Shown here piece after piece: positions 7,485 to 17,045 of a stretch of 27,858 bases of DNA. Position 1 is the first letter of the stretch; every line of letters starts with the position of its first letter. A program made the position numbers and the translations under genes. The notes beneath the pieces are model-generated. The model was not told the DNA's origin. It saw only the letters and a list, made by a program, of their open reading frames with translations, and searched no databases. Source of the stretch: an uncultured archaeon (GTDB lineage Archaea; EX4484-52; CAZKIC01); NCBI GenBank assembly GCA_964552785.1, contig CAZKIC010000001.1, positions 1 through 27,858 on the forward strand, read 5' to 3'.

Positions 7485-8715
7485 AAAATACATGAAAAAA
7501 GGAGAAGAGTTATATAAGAGTTCAATAGAGATACTTAAGCAGGTTCAAATGGAAAATGGAGGGTGTTTAGCTACACCACCAGGACAAAGATATCCTTATG
7601 TGTATCCGAGAGATCATGCTGTTTGTATTCTTGGTTTTTTATCTGCAGGAATGTACAAAAACGCTAGAAAAGGTATTGAGTTCACATTAAAAGCCCAACT
7701 TGAAAATGGAGCGTTTCCTCAAAGATACGACAAGAACGGAAAGGATGCATCATATAAACCAATACAGCTTGACGGCTCAGGACTTATACTTTATGCACTC
7801 TCAAAATACGTTCAAAAAACAAAAGATTTTGAACTTGTAGAGAAATACTGGGACAAAATAAACAAGGCTATAGATTATATACAGAAAAACCTGAAAGAAG
7901 AGAAGAATCTTGTGTATACTCCGAATGCCATACATGAGTTCCCCCCTATAGAGAATGGCCTTGAGATATACACCAACTCTGTTGTGTGTGGAGGACTAAA
8001 AGAGATGGCGGAAGTTGCCAAGATGCTTGAATACAATAATCACCAATTCATAAATGGACAGAGATCAAACTGGGTGGGTCTATACAAAACAATATATGGC
8101 GGAATAAACACATATATGTGGAATTCTCGCCTTAATTCATTCATAAAGACTATCAGATTAAATGAAAGCAGTTCTATAGATGAAGATCCGGACGCATCGA
8201 CACTTGCTTTATCAGAATACGAAGTTCTGAAAGATTCTGATGAAAAAATGAAGAAAAACGTAGAAAGATTAAAAAAAGAGTTGTGGCACAAGAAACTTGG
8301 CGGATTGTGCAGATATCCAAAATATATAGGCAGGAACAATGGCGGATGGGGTCCTTGGCCTCATTTTACTTTGATGCTCGCAAAGCACTACTTAAGATCC
8401 GGAAACATAAAAGAAGCTGAAAAGTGCATAAAGTGGGTTATTGACAACTCTTTTGAGAATAAGATTCCGGAACATTTGGCAACAAAAGAAGACTTTGAGG
8501 AGTATTACCACGATTATATGGAAGCAGGGGTCTTAAGACCTGACAGAGTGATAATGTTAGAAAACGCAAAAAAACATCCTCTTTTCAAGAAAGGTATTGT
8601 ACATGTCATAGAACCTTTAGCATGGCCACATGCAGAATTCATCATGACATGGAATTTATACAAAGAAACTCTTGAAAGACAAAAAAGAAAAGGAAAAATA
8701 GTATCTATATTCTAA
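7477..8715 (+). CDS. GH15-like (glucoamylase/trehalase-type) six-hairpin glycoside hydrolase
   Basis: YPYVYPRD, QLDGSG, PDAS, GGLCRY, PWPHFTL, IPEH and PLAWPHA motifs. ATG 7477 follows GGAGG and overlaps the mpgP stop by 8 nt; the track start at 7384 is too early. Confidence 0.8.
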   Translation: MNKKYMKKGEELYKSSIEILKQVQMENGGCLATPPGQRYPYVYPRDHAVCILGFLSAGMYKNARKGIEFTLKAQLENGAFPQRYDKNGKDASYKPIQLDGSGLILYALSKYVQKTKDFELVEKYWDKINKAIDYIQKNLKEEKNLVYTPNAIHEFPPIENGLEIYTNSVVCGGLKEMAEVAKMLEYNNHQFINGQRSNWVGLYKTIYGGINTYMWNSRLNSFIKTIRLNESSSIDEDPDASTLALSEYEVLKDSDEKMKKNVERLKKELWHKKLGGLCRYPKYIGRNNGGWGPWPHFTLMLAKHYLRSGNIKEAEKCIKWVIDNSFENKIPEHLATKEDFEEYYHDYMEAGVLRPDRVIMLENAKKHPLFKKGIVHVIEPLAWPHAEFIMTWNLYKETLERQKRKGKIVSIF

Positions 8716-8742
8716 TCCAATAAAAGCTGCTAATTCAAAGTT

Positions 8743-8774
8743 TATCGGCACCCCTCAACAACAAACTATATAAA
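8743..8774 (+). promoter_or_regulatory. Promoter with TATCGGCA-N16-TATATAAA architecture (nuclease operon)
   Basis: TATCGGCA 8743-8750, TATATAAA 8767-8774, ATG at 8803. Confidence 0.75.
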
Positions 8775-8802
8775 GTAAACAGCAGAAATAAACATAGATA
8801 AC

Positions 8803-9984
8803 ATGGTATTGTATTCTCATTCCAGAATAGGGACCTTTGAACAATGCAAGTTAAAATACAAGTACAAATACATAGACAAAATAGAACCGCCTTTAGGACA
8901 ATCAATAGAGGCTTTCATGGGAACATTAGTTCATGAAACTTTAGAGAAATTATTCAAAGATCTTAAATTCCAAAAACAAAATACTTTGGAAGAGTTACTG
9001 GATTTCTTCGAAAGATCATGGAAAGAAAATTGGAATGACTCAATATTCTTCGCAAGAGAAGAGTTCAAAGAAGAGAACTTCAAAGAAATGGGTAAAAAAT
9101 ACATCGCGGATTTCTTCAACAAACACCACCCATTCAACAAAGACAGAACTTTAGGATTGGAGATGGAAGTAAATCTGGATTTAAACGGGGATGGAAGATA
9201 CACGTTAGTGGGCTATATAGACAGGCTGTCAGAAAAAGATGGAGTAATAGAGATCCAGGATTATAAGACCTCGAACACATTGCCGACACAGGAAAATATA
9301 GATAAAGACAGGCAACTTGCTTTATATTCTATTGCTGTAAAGAACATGTATCCTTTCGCCAAGAAAATAAACTTGGTCTGGCATTATCTTGCATTTAACC
9401 AAACTCTGACAACAACAAAAACAGAAAAAGAACTTGAAGAAATAAAAAAAGAAATAATAAGCAAGATAGATCTCATTGAGAATGAAAAGAATTTCGAACC
9501 AAAAGAATCAACACTTTGCGACTGGTGTGAATTCCAGCCTATTTGTCCATTAAGAAAGCATCTTTTTAAGACAAAACACATGGAAATAAATGAATTTCTG
9601 GGGGAAGATGGTGTCAAACTGGTAAATGATTATGAAAAAACAAAAGAAGAGCTGGACAGAATAGAGGAAAAGCTGGAAAAGATAAAGGAAGCATTATTTT
9701 CTTATTCCGAGAAACATCATGTTGACAATATAGTTGGAAGTAATGCAATCGCACGCCTCAGAAAATACAAAAACATCAAATTCCCAAACAAAGGAGAATC
9801 AGGGAGAGATTCTGTAGAAAATATAATCAAAAAATCTGGACTGTGGGAAAGATTCTCAACTCTGGATACATTCTCACTATCAAGATCGATACAGGAAGGG
9901 CAAATACCTGAAGAAGTCATATTAAACCTGAAAGACTTTGTATCTGTATCAGAAACAAAAAGAATATACTTAAGTAAAAAATAA
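8803..9984 (+). CDS. PD-(D/E)XK nuclease, RecB/AddB/Cas4-like, with 4-Cys Fe-S staple and C-terminal extension
   Basis: YSHSRIGTFEQC, GTLVHETLE, GYIDRL, IQDYKTS, QLALY, CDWCEFQPICP. Confidence 0.88.
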   Translation: MVLYSHSRIGTFEQCKLKYKYKYIDKIEPPLGQSIEAFMGTLVHETLEKLFKDLKFQKQNTLEELLDFFERSWKENWNDSIFFAREEFKEENFKEMGKKYIADFFNKHHPFNKDRTLGLEMEVNLDLNGDGRYTLVGYIDRLSEKDGVIEIQDYKTSNTLPTQENIDKDRQLALYSIAVKNMYPFAKKINLVWHYLAFNQTLTTTKTEKELEEIKKEIISKIDLIENEKNFEPKESTLCDWCEFQPICPLRKHLFKTKHMEINEFLGEDGVKLVNDYEKTKEELDRIEEKLEKIKEALFSYSEKHHVDNIVGSNAIARLRKYKNIKFPNKGESGRDSVENIIKKSGLWERFSTLDTFSLSRSIQEGQIPEEVILNLKDFVSVSETKRIYLSKK

Positions 9985-10009
9985 TAAAGATTTGCCCTAA
10001 TAGGGGTAT

Positions 10010-10720
10010 ATGGATGAGAGATATAAGCCAATGTTGGCATTAAAGGACATAACAGAAGAATCTCTTAAAGAATTAAATAACAAGAAAGTAATAATTATAG
10101 GTCAGGGAGGATTAGGTTCCTGGTCTGCCGAGTTTCTTCTGAGGGCAGGAATATTAAATCTGACTTTAGTGGATGGAGATAAAGTTGAACTCAAGAACAT
10201 ACTAAGGCAAAATTATGATGAACCAAACATAGGTAAATACAAAGTTCAAGCCATGAAAAATAAACTCGAGGGAATAAATTCAAAGGCAAAAATAACCGCT
10301 CTTGATGAATTCCTCACAGAAAAGAACACAGAAATGCTTAGAAATCACGACTTGATAATTGACGGGTGTGATAATTTAAACACAAGATATATAATAAATA
10401 AATTTTGTATAGAAAATGAAATCCCGTGGATTTATGGAACCGCTCTGGCTTATCAGGGGTATGCCAAGATAATAACAAAAGAAACATCCTGTTTGGAATG
10501 TATATACCCCAGAAAGAAGGTTTCAGAGGAGAACATAACAAGCAGGCAAGGTATTTTAATCTCAACAAATGTAACTGTAGCCACTTTGCAGACAAAATTA
10601 GCTTTGGAAGTCTTATTAAACAAAAAAATACATGACGAATTAATATTTATAGACATTGAGAATCATAATATAAACACCCTCAAAGTAAAAAAGAGAAAAG
10701 GGTGTATTTGTAGTGATTAA
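10010..10720 (+). CDS. ThiF/MoeB/HesA (E1-like) adenylyltransferase
   Basis: IIGQGGLGSW nucleotide-binding loop, DGDKVELKNILRQ, DGCDN..TRY.IN, CLEC and C-terminal GCIC. Confidence 0.88.
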   Translation: MDERYKPMLALKDITEESLKELNNKKVIIIGQGGLGSWSAEFLLRAGILNLTLVDGDKVELKNILRQNYDEPNIGKYKVQAMKNKLEGINSKAKITALDEFLTEKNTEMLRNHDLIIDGCDNLNTRYIINKFCIENEIPWIYGTALAYQGYAKIITKETSCLECIYPRKKVSEENITSRQGILISTNVTVATLQTKLALEVLLNKKIHDELIFIDIENHNINTLKVKKRKGCICSD

Positions 10721-12157
10721 ATGACTTTAAAAGTGTTCAACACATTAACAAAGAAAAAGGAAATATTTAAACCACTTAAAGGAAAAACTGTAAATATGTA
10801 TGTTTGTGGAGTAACTGTTTATGATTATACTCATTTGGGGCATTTGAGGAATTATGTTGCTTTTGACGTGATTCACAGATATTTGGAGTATAAAGGATAT
10901 AAAGTAAAAAAAGTACAGAATTTCACAGATATAGACGATAAGATAATAAACAAAGCATCGGAAGAAAAAACAACAGAAAAGGAAGTTGCTGAAAAATTTA
11001 TAGATGCTTATTTTAAGGACATGAAGCCTTTCAATATAAAAGAGGCATATGTTTACCCAAAAGTTACTGAAACAATAGAAGATATAATAGAATTCATTCA
11101 AGACCTCATTGACAAAGGTTATGCATACGAAAAAAACGGAAGCGTATATTTCCGGGTTTCAAAATTCAAAGATTATGGAAAGTTGTCGGGTGTTAATTTA
11201 GAGGAACTTAAAAAACACAGGATAGAGCCAAATCCGGAAAAAGAAGACCCCAGAGATTTCGCTTTATGGAAAAAGGCAACAGATGTTGATTACAAAACTA
11301 ACGCTGCCTTTAAGAGTCCTTGGGGTGATGGAAGGCCCGGATGGCATATTGAGTGTTCTGTAATGGCGTTCAAACATCTCGGAGAGACATTAGACATACA
11401 TGGAGGAGGGAAAGACCTAATATTCCCTCACCACGAGAATGAAATAGCGCAAAGTGAATCAAGAAATGAAAAGCCATTTTCAAAATACTGGATGCATGTT
11501 GAATTTTTGAATATCAACAAAGAAAAGATGTCAAAATCTCTCAAGAATTTTGTCAGTGTGAGGAGCGCTTTATCTAAATACGAACCTGAAGTATTGAGAT
11601 TCCTGTTCTCTTCAAACCATTATCGTCAGCCGATGGATTTTTCAGAAGAAGAAATAGAAAACGCAAAAAGAAATTTTGAAAAAATAAAGAACACATTAAA
11701 CAATCTTTTGTCCGAGATTTCATTCCTTGTTGAGTACCCTGAAAACGACAACAAAGGTGAAAACTCGGACAGAATTGCGGAAGAGAGAGAGAAAATATTA
11801 AAGAAATTTGAGGAAGCAATGGATGATGATTTTAATGCTTCAAAAGCGCTTATTCCTTATTTTGAGTTTGTCAAACTTATAAACCAGTATTTAGAGATTG
11901 AGAAAACAAATATTTCTGTATTACGCACACTCCTCAAAAAATTCTTGATAATGAGTCATATTTATGGAATATTTCAGAATGTGAAGGAATTTAGAACACT
12001 TACAAAGAAAGAGAAAGAATTAATAGAGGAAAGAGAAGTTCTGAGAAAAGAAAAAAGATTTGAAGAAGCTGACAAAAACAGGGAAAAGCTTAAGGATAAA
12101 GGAATAGTGCTTAATGACACAAAAAAAGGAGTCAGATGGTACATAGAACGGAATTAA
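10721..12157 (+). CDS. cysS: Cysteine--tRNA ligase
   Basis: [15 protein letters not shown] (HIGH), [49 protein letters not shown]. Confidence 0.97.
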   Translation: MTLKVFNTLTKKKEIFKPLKGKTVNMYVCGVTVYDYTHLGHLRNYVAFDVIHRYLEYKGYKVKKVQNFTDIDDKIINKASEEKTTEKEVAEKFIDAYFKDMKPFNIKEAYVYPKVTETIEDIIEFIQDLIDKGYAYEKNGSVYFRVSKFKDYGKLSGVNLEELKKHRIEPNPEKEDPRDFALWKKATDVDYKTNAAFKSPWGDGRPGWHIECSVMAFKHLGETLDIHGGGKDLIFPHHENEIAQSESRNEKPFSKYWMHVEFLNINKEKMSKSLKNFVSVRSALSKYEPEVLRFLFSSNHYRQPMDFSEEEIENAKRNFEKIKNTLNNLLSEISFLVEYPENDNKGENSDRIAEEREKILKKFEEAMDDDFNASKALIPYFEFVKLINQYLEIEKTNISVLRTLLKKFLIMSHIYGIFQNVKEFRTLTKKEKELIEEREVLRKEKRFEEADKNREKLKDKGIVLNDTKKGVRWYIERN

Positions 12158-12279
12158 GTCTGCCGTAGTTTGTAGTTATGTTAAAAATATATAAAAGAAG
12201 ATGTTATTTTAATAATTTCTTACCATGTAAAGCAAAATACATATACAGATCATAAATAGATAGATTAAAATATATCAGA

Positions 12280-14781
12280 CTATGCTCTTATAAACTCTCC
12301 GTCATCAGAAAGTTTTACTCCAAACACCTGAGAAACTCCTTTCTGCATCGTTACCCCGTATACTCTTTCCGCATGTTTTACTGTTGCATCATTATGGGAT
12401 ATGACAATAAACTGGCTTTTCTCAAGATTCTTCATTATCATCTCCCCGACTTTTTCAGAATTGGTCTTGTCCAGAGCAGCATCAACCTCATCTAATAAAT
12501 AAAATGGCGAAGGCCTGAAATGTTGTATGGCAAACAAAAAAGATAAAGCGGTAATGGCTTTCTCTCCGCCAGATAAAGAATCTATAGACAATAGCTTCTT
12601 GCCTTTTGGCTGTGCCCTAATAATTAAACCAGAATCAATATTGCCTTCCTCCTCTAATTCCAGTCTTGCCTCCCCATCGGCAACTTCTAGAAATATCTTT
12701 CCGAAATATTCATTTATTTTTTCAAAAGCGTGGTTGAACAGGAACTTCCTTTTCTCCTCTATCTGGTCTATCATATTCAGAATTGTCTTTCTTTCATCCT
12801 GCAACTTCTCTATTCTTTTTAAGAAATTATTATAATCTTCTTCATAATATTCATATTCCTCTATGGCTTTCATGTTAACTAAGCCCGCATTTCTCAAAAA
12901 CACTTCAATCCTTTTAAGTTCCTTCTCAATTTTCTCTACATCCCCTTTCTCTAGATCTTTATTGTCTTTGTATTTTTCAAAATCCTGAGAATATGTCTCA
13001 AACTCGGCTTCAAGACGCGCTTTTTTAATCTGTAAATTCCTGACTTCAACCTCTAAATTAATCATACTTTCATAAGCACTCTTTCTTTCAGTTCTGATTT
13101 TGTCTAGTTCCTCTTCAACAAGCTCTCTTTTCCTCTGTATATCCTTAACTTCATTGCTCTCGTTATCCTCTGCAGCCCTTTTAGACTCTAAAAGCTCGTT
13201 AAGATCCCCTATTTCATTTTTCAATTTATCAATCTCTTCCTGTAAAATTGATTTGCGCCTTTCATACTCTTTAATCTCTGATGTATTGACAGTTGCCAGA
13301 GAGCCTCTCTTTTTGTGAGATCCTCCAACAATAGCACCCGAAGCCTCGAAAAGCTCGCCGTCCAAAGTAACCACTTTTATCCCTTTAATCTTCTTAGCAG
13401 AGTCGACATCCTCTGCTATTAAAGTATCTCTAAATACGTATTCAATAGCGCTCTTATATTTAGGATTATATTGAACCAACTCAGAAGCAAAACCTATAAT
13501 TCCCGGCATTTTTGAAGCCAGTTCTGCCTTGCCGCTCCTTATATGCTTGCCAATCCTATCCAAAGGAATAAACCTCATTCTGCCTAATTTGTTCTCTTTC
13601 AGATATCTAATACCTTCTATAGCTCTTTTCTCGGAATCAACAACAACATCATTCAAATGATTCCCCGCAGCTATTTCTATGGCGGTCTGGAACTTTGAAT
13701 CAACAGTAATTAAATCAGAAATAGCACCGTCATAATCAATAACTCCGTCTAACCTACTCAAGCTTGTATTTGAAGACCCCTGACTCTGGCTTATTGATAA
13801 CAATTTTGAGATCATTTCTTCAATAGTTTCTATCTCCTTTCTATTAACATTAATCTTACTTTCCTTTTCCATTATTTTTTTAGTAATCTCCTCAATATCC
13901 TTCCTGAGATTCTTGTTTATACTTTTAGATATCATCTCGTCCTCTAATTTTTTAATCTCCTCCTCTTTCTTATCAAGAAGGTCATCAAATTTGTTGATAT
14001 TGGATTTCAAAGCATTATACTCATCTTCTTTAATTTTCAAATTCCTCTTGACATTCTCAAATTCTGTCTCTACAACTTTAAGTTTTGTATAAGCTAATTG
14101 TGCCCTAAGAACTGCCTGCCTATCTGTCAATTCCTTTACTTTCAATGCAGCATTTCTCTCCTTCCTTATTTTGTCCAAAAGCTCTTTTTTCTGTTCTAAT
14201 ATAATGTTTGCTTCAGAAATATTTTTTTCTGCACGTTCCAACTCCATCAGACTTTTTTCTTTCTTCTCATTATACTCCTTGACTCCTGCAGCATTATCTA
14301 TTATCGCCCTTCTTTCTTTATGCCGCATCTCTATGACTCTTGTGATGTCTCCTTGCTGAATAATAGACATGCCGTCTGTGTCAAGCCCGATCTTATCAAG
14401 AATCGCCTGAATATTTTCTCTTTTATCTGTTTTTCCGTTGATCTTATAGTAAGACACCCCTCTTCTGTTAACTTTTCTTGAAATAGTTATAACATCTTCA
14501 TCTATATCTATTGCCCTATCGCTATTATCTATTACAAGCTCCACTTCTGCAGTATCTGCCGGCCTCCTTCCGTGCCCTCCATTGTATATTATATGCTCCA
14601 TTCTTTGAGCTCTCATAGACCTTGAGCCTTTACCGAGAACAAAAACCAGTGCATCAACTATATTTGATTTCCCTGAACCGTTGGGGCCAATAACAGCATT
14701 AAATCCAGAATAGAAAGGTATCTCTGTTTTATTTGCGAATGATTTAAATCCTACTGCTGTTAGTTTTGCTATTCTCGCCAT
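12280..14781 (-). CDS. smc: SMC chromosome segregation ATPase with short arms (833 aa)
   Basis: Walker A GPNGSGKSN, Q-loop IQQG, hinge GRMRFIPL and GAIVGG, signature LSGGEK, Walker B LDEVDAALD, ISH. ATG 14781 follows GGGAG. Confidence 0.94.
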   Translation of the reverse strand: MARIAKLTAVGFKSFANKTEIPFYSGFNAVIGPNGSGKSNIVDALVFVLGKGSRSMRAQRMEHIIYNGGHGRRPADTAEVELVIDNSDRAIDIDEDVITISRKVNRRGVSYYKINGKTDKRENIQAILDKIGLDTDGMSIIQQGDITRVIEMRHKERRAIIDNAAGVKEYNEKKEKSLMELERAEKNISEANIILEQKKELLDKIRKERNAALKVKELTDRQAVLRAQLAYTKLKVVETEFENVKRNLKIKEDEYNALKSNINKFDDLLDKKEEEIKKLEDEMISKSINKNLRKDIEEITKKIMEKESKINVNRKEIETIEEMISKLLSISQSQGSSNTSLSRLDGVIDYDGAISDLITVDSKFQTAIEIAAGNHLNDVVVDSEKRAIEGIRYLKENKLGRMRFIPLDRIGKHIRSGKAELASKMPGIIGFASELVQYNPKYKSAIEYVFRDTLIAEDVDSAKKIKGIKVVTLDGELFEASGAIVGGSHKKRGSLATVNTSEIKEYERRKSILQEEIDKLKNEIGDLNELLESKRAAEDNESNEVKDIQRKRELVEEELDKIRTERKSAYESMINLEVEVRNLQIKKARLEAEFETYSQDFEKYKDNKDLEKGDVEKIEKELKRIEVFLRNAGLVNMKAIEEYEYYEEDYNNFLKRIEKLQDERKTILNMIDQIEEKRKFLFNHAFEKINEYFGKIFLEVADGEARLELEEEGNIDSGLIIRAQPKGKKLLSIDSLSGGEKAITALSFLFAIQHFRPSPFYLLDEVDAALDKTNSEKVGEMIMKNLEKSQFIVISHNDATVKHAERVYGVTMQKGVSQVFGVKLSDDGEFIRA

Positions 14782-14832
14782 CAAATCTCCCTAATCTCCC
14801 TATTTGCCTAATTATAATATGAACTTTGAGAG

Positions 14833-14864
14833 TTTATATAGGTTTTCAATAAAGAATGCCGATA
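14833..14864 (-). promoter_or_regulatory. Promoter with TATCGGCA-N16-TATATAAA architecture (smc)
   Basis: Minus-strand TATCGGCA 14864-14857, TATATAAA 14840-14833; ATG at 14781. Confidence 0.75.
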
Positions 14865-14950
14865 CATGTAAGCTCGTATAAACATATTAATCCAATCAAT
14901 AAAGACCAAAACGATAGTTTTAAAAAATATAAGATATATATTACTAATAG

Positions 14951-15505
14951 GTGATTACAATACCCTGGACAGAGTTTGGAACTTTTGAATTTGAGACTGA
15001 TGCATTAAATGAAGTTTATCAAGACTTAAAGAAAAATAAAGGAGAAGAGAAATGGAAATTAATAAATTACCTTAGATCTTTTATATTTCCTGATATAAGC
15101 AACTTAGATAACGATGAAAATAATACATTAACATACACAGCAACAAGAAAAACTATTGAAAATGTATATAGACACATAATAAAAGAACACAATAGAAGAA
15201 AAGAACTGTTGCTCGAACACGAAAGATATACAACAAAAACATACAAAAGAGATGTAGACAGAGGGAAAAAAGAACTGGAAGCATGGAAGACATTAGGGGG
15301 GCCGACAAAATCCCAAGAAGTGAATAACGCAATAGAACAATGGGTTAAATTAAAGGACTTTCTCGAAAAATATGAGAAGTTTATTGAAAGAGCAAACCAG
15401 ATTAACAAAAAATTGGGATTGCCAAGAATTAAAACAGAAAAATTAGAAGAGCAAAAAATAGGAAACCCACAAAGAATAGAAAGAATACAACAAAGCCTTT
15501 TCTAA
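14951..15505 (+). CDS. Hypothetical helical protein (184 aa)
   Basis: Long Lys/Glu-rich ORF with GTG start about 30 nt after TTTAAAAA (14919-14926); no family motif recognised. Confidence 0.72.
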   Translation: MITIPWTEFGTFEFETDALNEVYQDLKKNKGEEKWKLINYLRSFIFPDISNLDNDENNTLTYTATRKTIENVYRHIIKEHNRRKELLLEHERYTTKTYKRDVDRGKKELEAWKTLGGPTKSQEVNNAIEQWVKLKDFLEKYEKFIERANQINKKLGLPRIKTEKLEEQKIGNPQRIERIQQSLF

Positions 15506-15557
15506 GATCAAGACACACATATTAATAAAACTGTAGATTCAATTCTAATGTGATATT

Positions 15558-17045
15558 ATGGCGAATTACAAAAAATTAGACTACATCAAAAACAAAGAAA
15601 TCGGTTCTTACGAAATAAAAGCAATAGTCAAGAAAATAAAACAAACAAAAGGGCCGACATTATTTGAGTTAGAGGACGGAACAACAACATTAACTTGTGC
15701 TGCTTTCTCAAGTCCTGGAAAAAGAACTTTCCCTGAAATTCAGGAAGGGATGTATGTCGAAGCAACCATTCAAATAGAATCAAGAGATGAAAGAAAAAAC
15801 TTCAGCATAAAGGAGATATTCGAGATGACAGAAGCCTCGAAAAAAACTTTTGAAGAAGCCCTGAACAAAGAAAAAGACATACTGGCGGAAACAGAAGAAA
15901 AGCTCCTAATAGTGAATACAAATAACATGCAAAAATTAAAACCCCTGATAAAAAAAATAGCATTCGAGATAAGAAAAGCCGTAATAAATAAACAACCTAT
16001 AATATTGAAACATCACGCTGATGCCGATGGCTATATATCCGCATTAGCTTTAGAAGAATCAATTAAAGGCTTCATGTTCAAAATATATAAAGAAGTGGAC
16101 GAATTCTTAATCTCAAAAAACCCGATGAAATCGCCATTTTATTCTTACAGTGATGCCTTAAAAGATATAAGCAACATCAACAAAACAAAAGAAAGATTTA
16201 ATTCAAAATCCCCTTTAGTTGTTATCTTGGACAACGGCTCTACTGATGAAGATATTCTAGCTTTAAAACGATTAAACATCCACAGTATAAAAACAATAGT
16301 TATAGACCACCATAAACCCTCAAAAGAAGTAGATGATTATCTATACCTGCATTTAAATCCATACAATCTTGGTTTAGACAAAAACATCTCTACAGGTTTA
16401 ATGGCTGTAGAAATTGCTAATCTCATACATCATCTAAAAAATCCAGTTACTTACGCAGCAATAAGCTTAATAGCGGATAAATCAGAAGGAGAAGAGGTTG
16501 ATTTCATTCTAAATAAAGTGAAAAAAGAAGAAATAGAAACATTAGCAGCATGTATAGATTATGATGCATACAATCTCGGCACAATCTCTGAAACCAACAT
16601 AATCTCAACTTTATTAGAAAACAAAGAATTCATAGAAGAACTAAATAAAGAGATTAAGAATAAATTTAATATATTAATGGCAAGATTCAAAAAATACGGA
16701 ACTATAACAACAAAGAACAAAATTAAAATATTGGAATTTGACACGGATTTATATACGGGCCAATTCGACTATCCTCCTCAAGGAAAAGCAACTGGAGTCA
16801 TATTCAGAGAATACGGCAACAAACAAACAGTAGCTCTTGGTTATGGTTCCGACTCCGTGTCTATAAGAATTTCAGAAGAATTAGAAGGAATAACCGTATT
16901 CAGCATAAAAGAACATCTAATTAAAAAATTCCCTGAAGGAAACATTGAAGGAGGGGGGCATGAAAAAGCAGGCACAATAAAATTCCTGAAAGGACTAAAA
17001 GAAGATATAATAAATGAGATAAAAAATTACATTATGAATTATTGA
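15558..17045 (+). CDS. Archaeal RecJ-like DHH phosphoesterase with N-terminal OB fold (COG1107-like)
   Basis: IKQTKGPTLF OB segment; HHADADG, ILDNGS, IDHH, KSPFY and C-terminal GGGHEKAG. Confidence 0.86.
   Translation: MANYKKLDYIKNKEIGSYEIKAIVKKIKQTKGPTLFELEDGTTTLTCAAFSSPGKRTFPEIQEGMYVEATIQIESRDERKNFSIKEIFEMTEASKKTFEEALNKEKDILAETEEKLLIVNTNNMQKLKPLIKKIAFEIRKAVINKQPIILKHHADADGYISALALEESIKGFMFKIYKEVDEFLISKNPMKSPFYSYSDALKDISNINKTKERFNSKSPLVVILDNGSTDEDILALKRLNIHSIKTIVIDHHKPSKEVDDYLYLHLNPYNLGLDKNISTGLMAVEIANLIHHLKNPVTYAAISLIADKSEGEEVDFILNKVKKEEIETLAACIDYDAYNLGTISETNIISTLLENKEFIEELNKEIKNKFNILMARFKKYGTITTKNKIKILEFDTDLYTGQFDYPPQGKATGVIFREYGNKQTVALGYGSDSVSIRISEELEGITVFSIKEHLIKKFPEGNIEGGGHEKAGTIKFLKGLKEDIINEIKNYIMNY

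Noticed and set aside
8803-9984. CRISPR-Cas locus suggested by the Cas4-like protein
   Set aside because: No repeat-spacer array and no other cas gene is in the window.
9995-10005. Hairpin CCCT-AAT-AGGG covering the thiF ribosome-binding site
   Set aside because: A 4-bp stem is too weak to support a regulatory claim.
14908-14921. Inverted repeat AAAAC-GATA-GTTTT next to the TATA box of the 14951 ORF
   Set aside because: Short, AT-rich and single-copy; common by chance.
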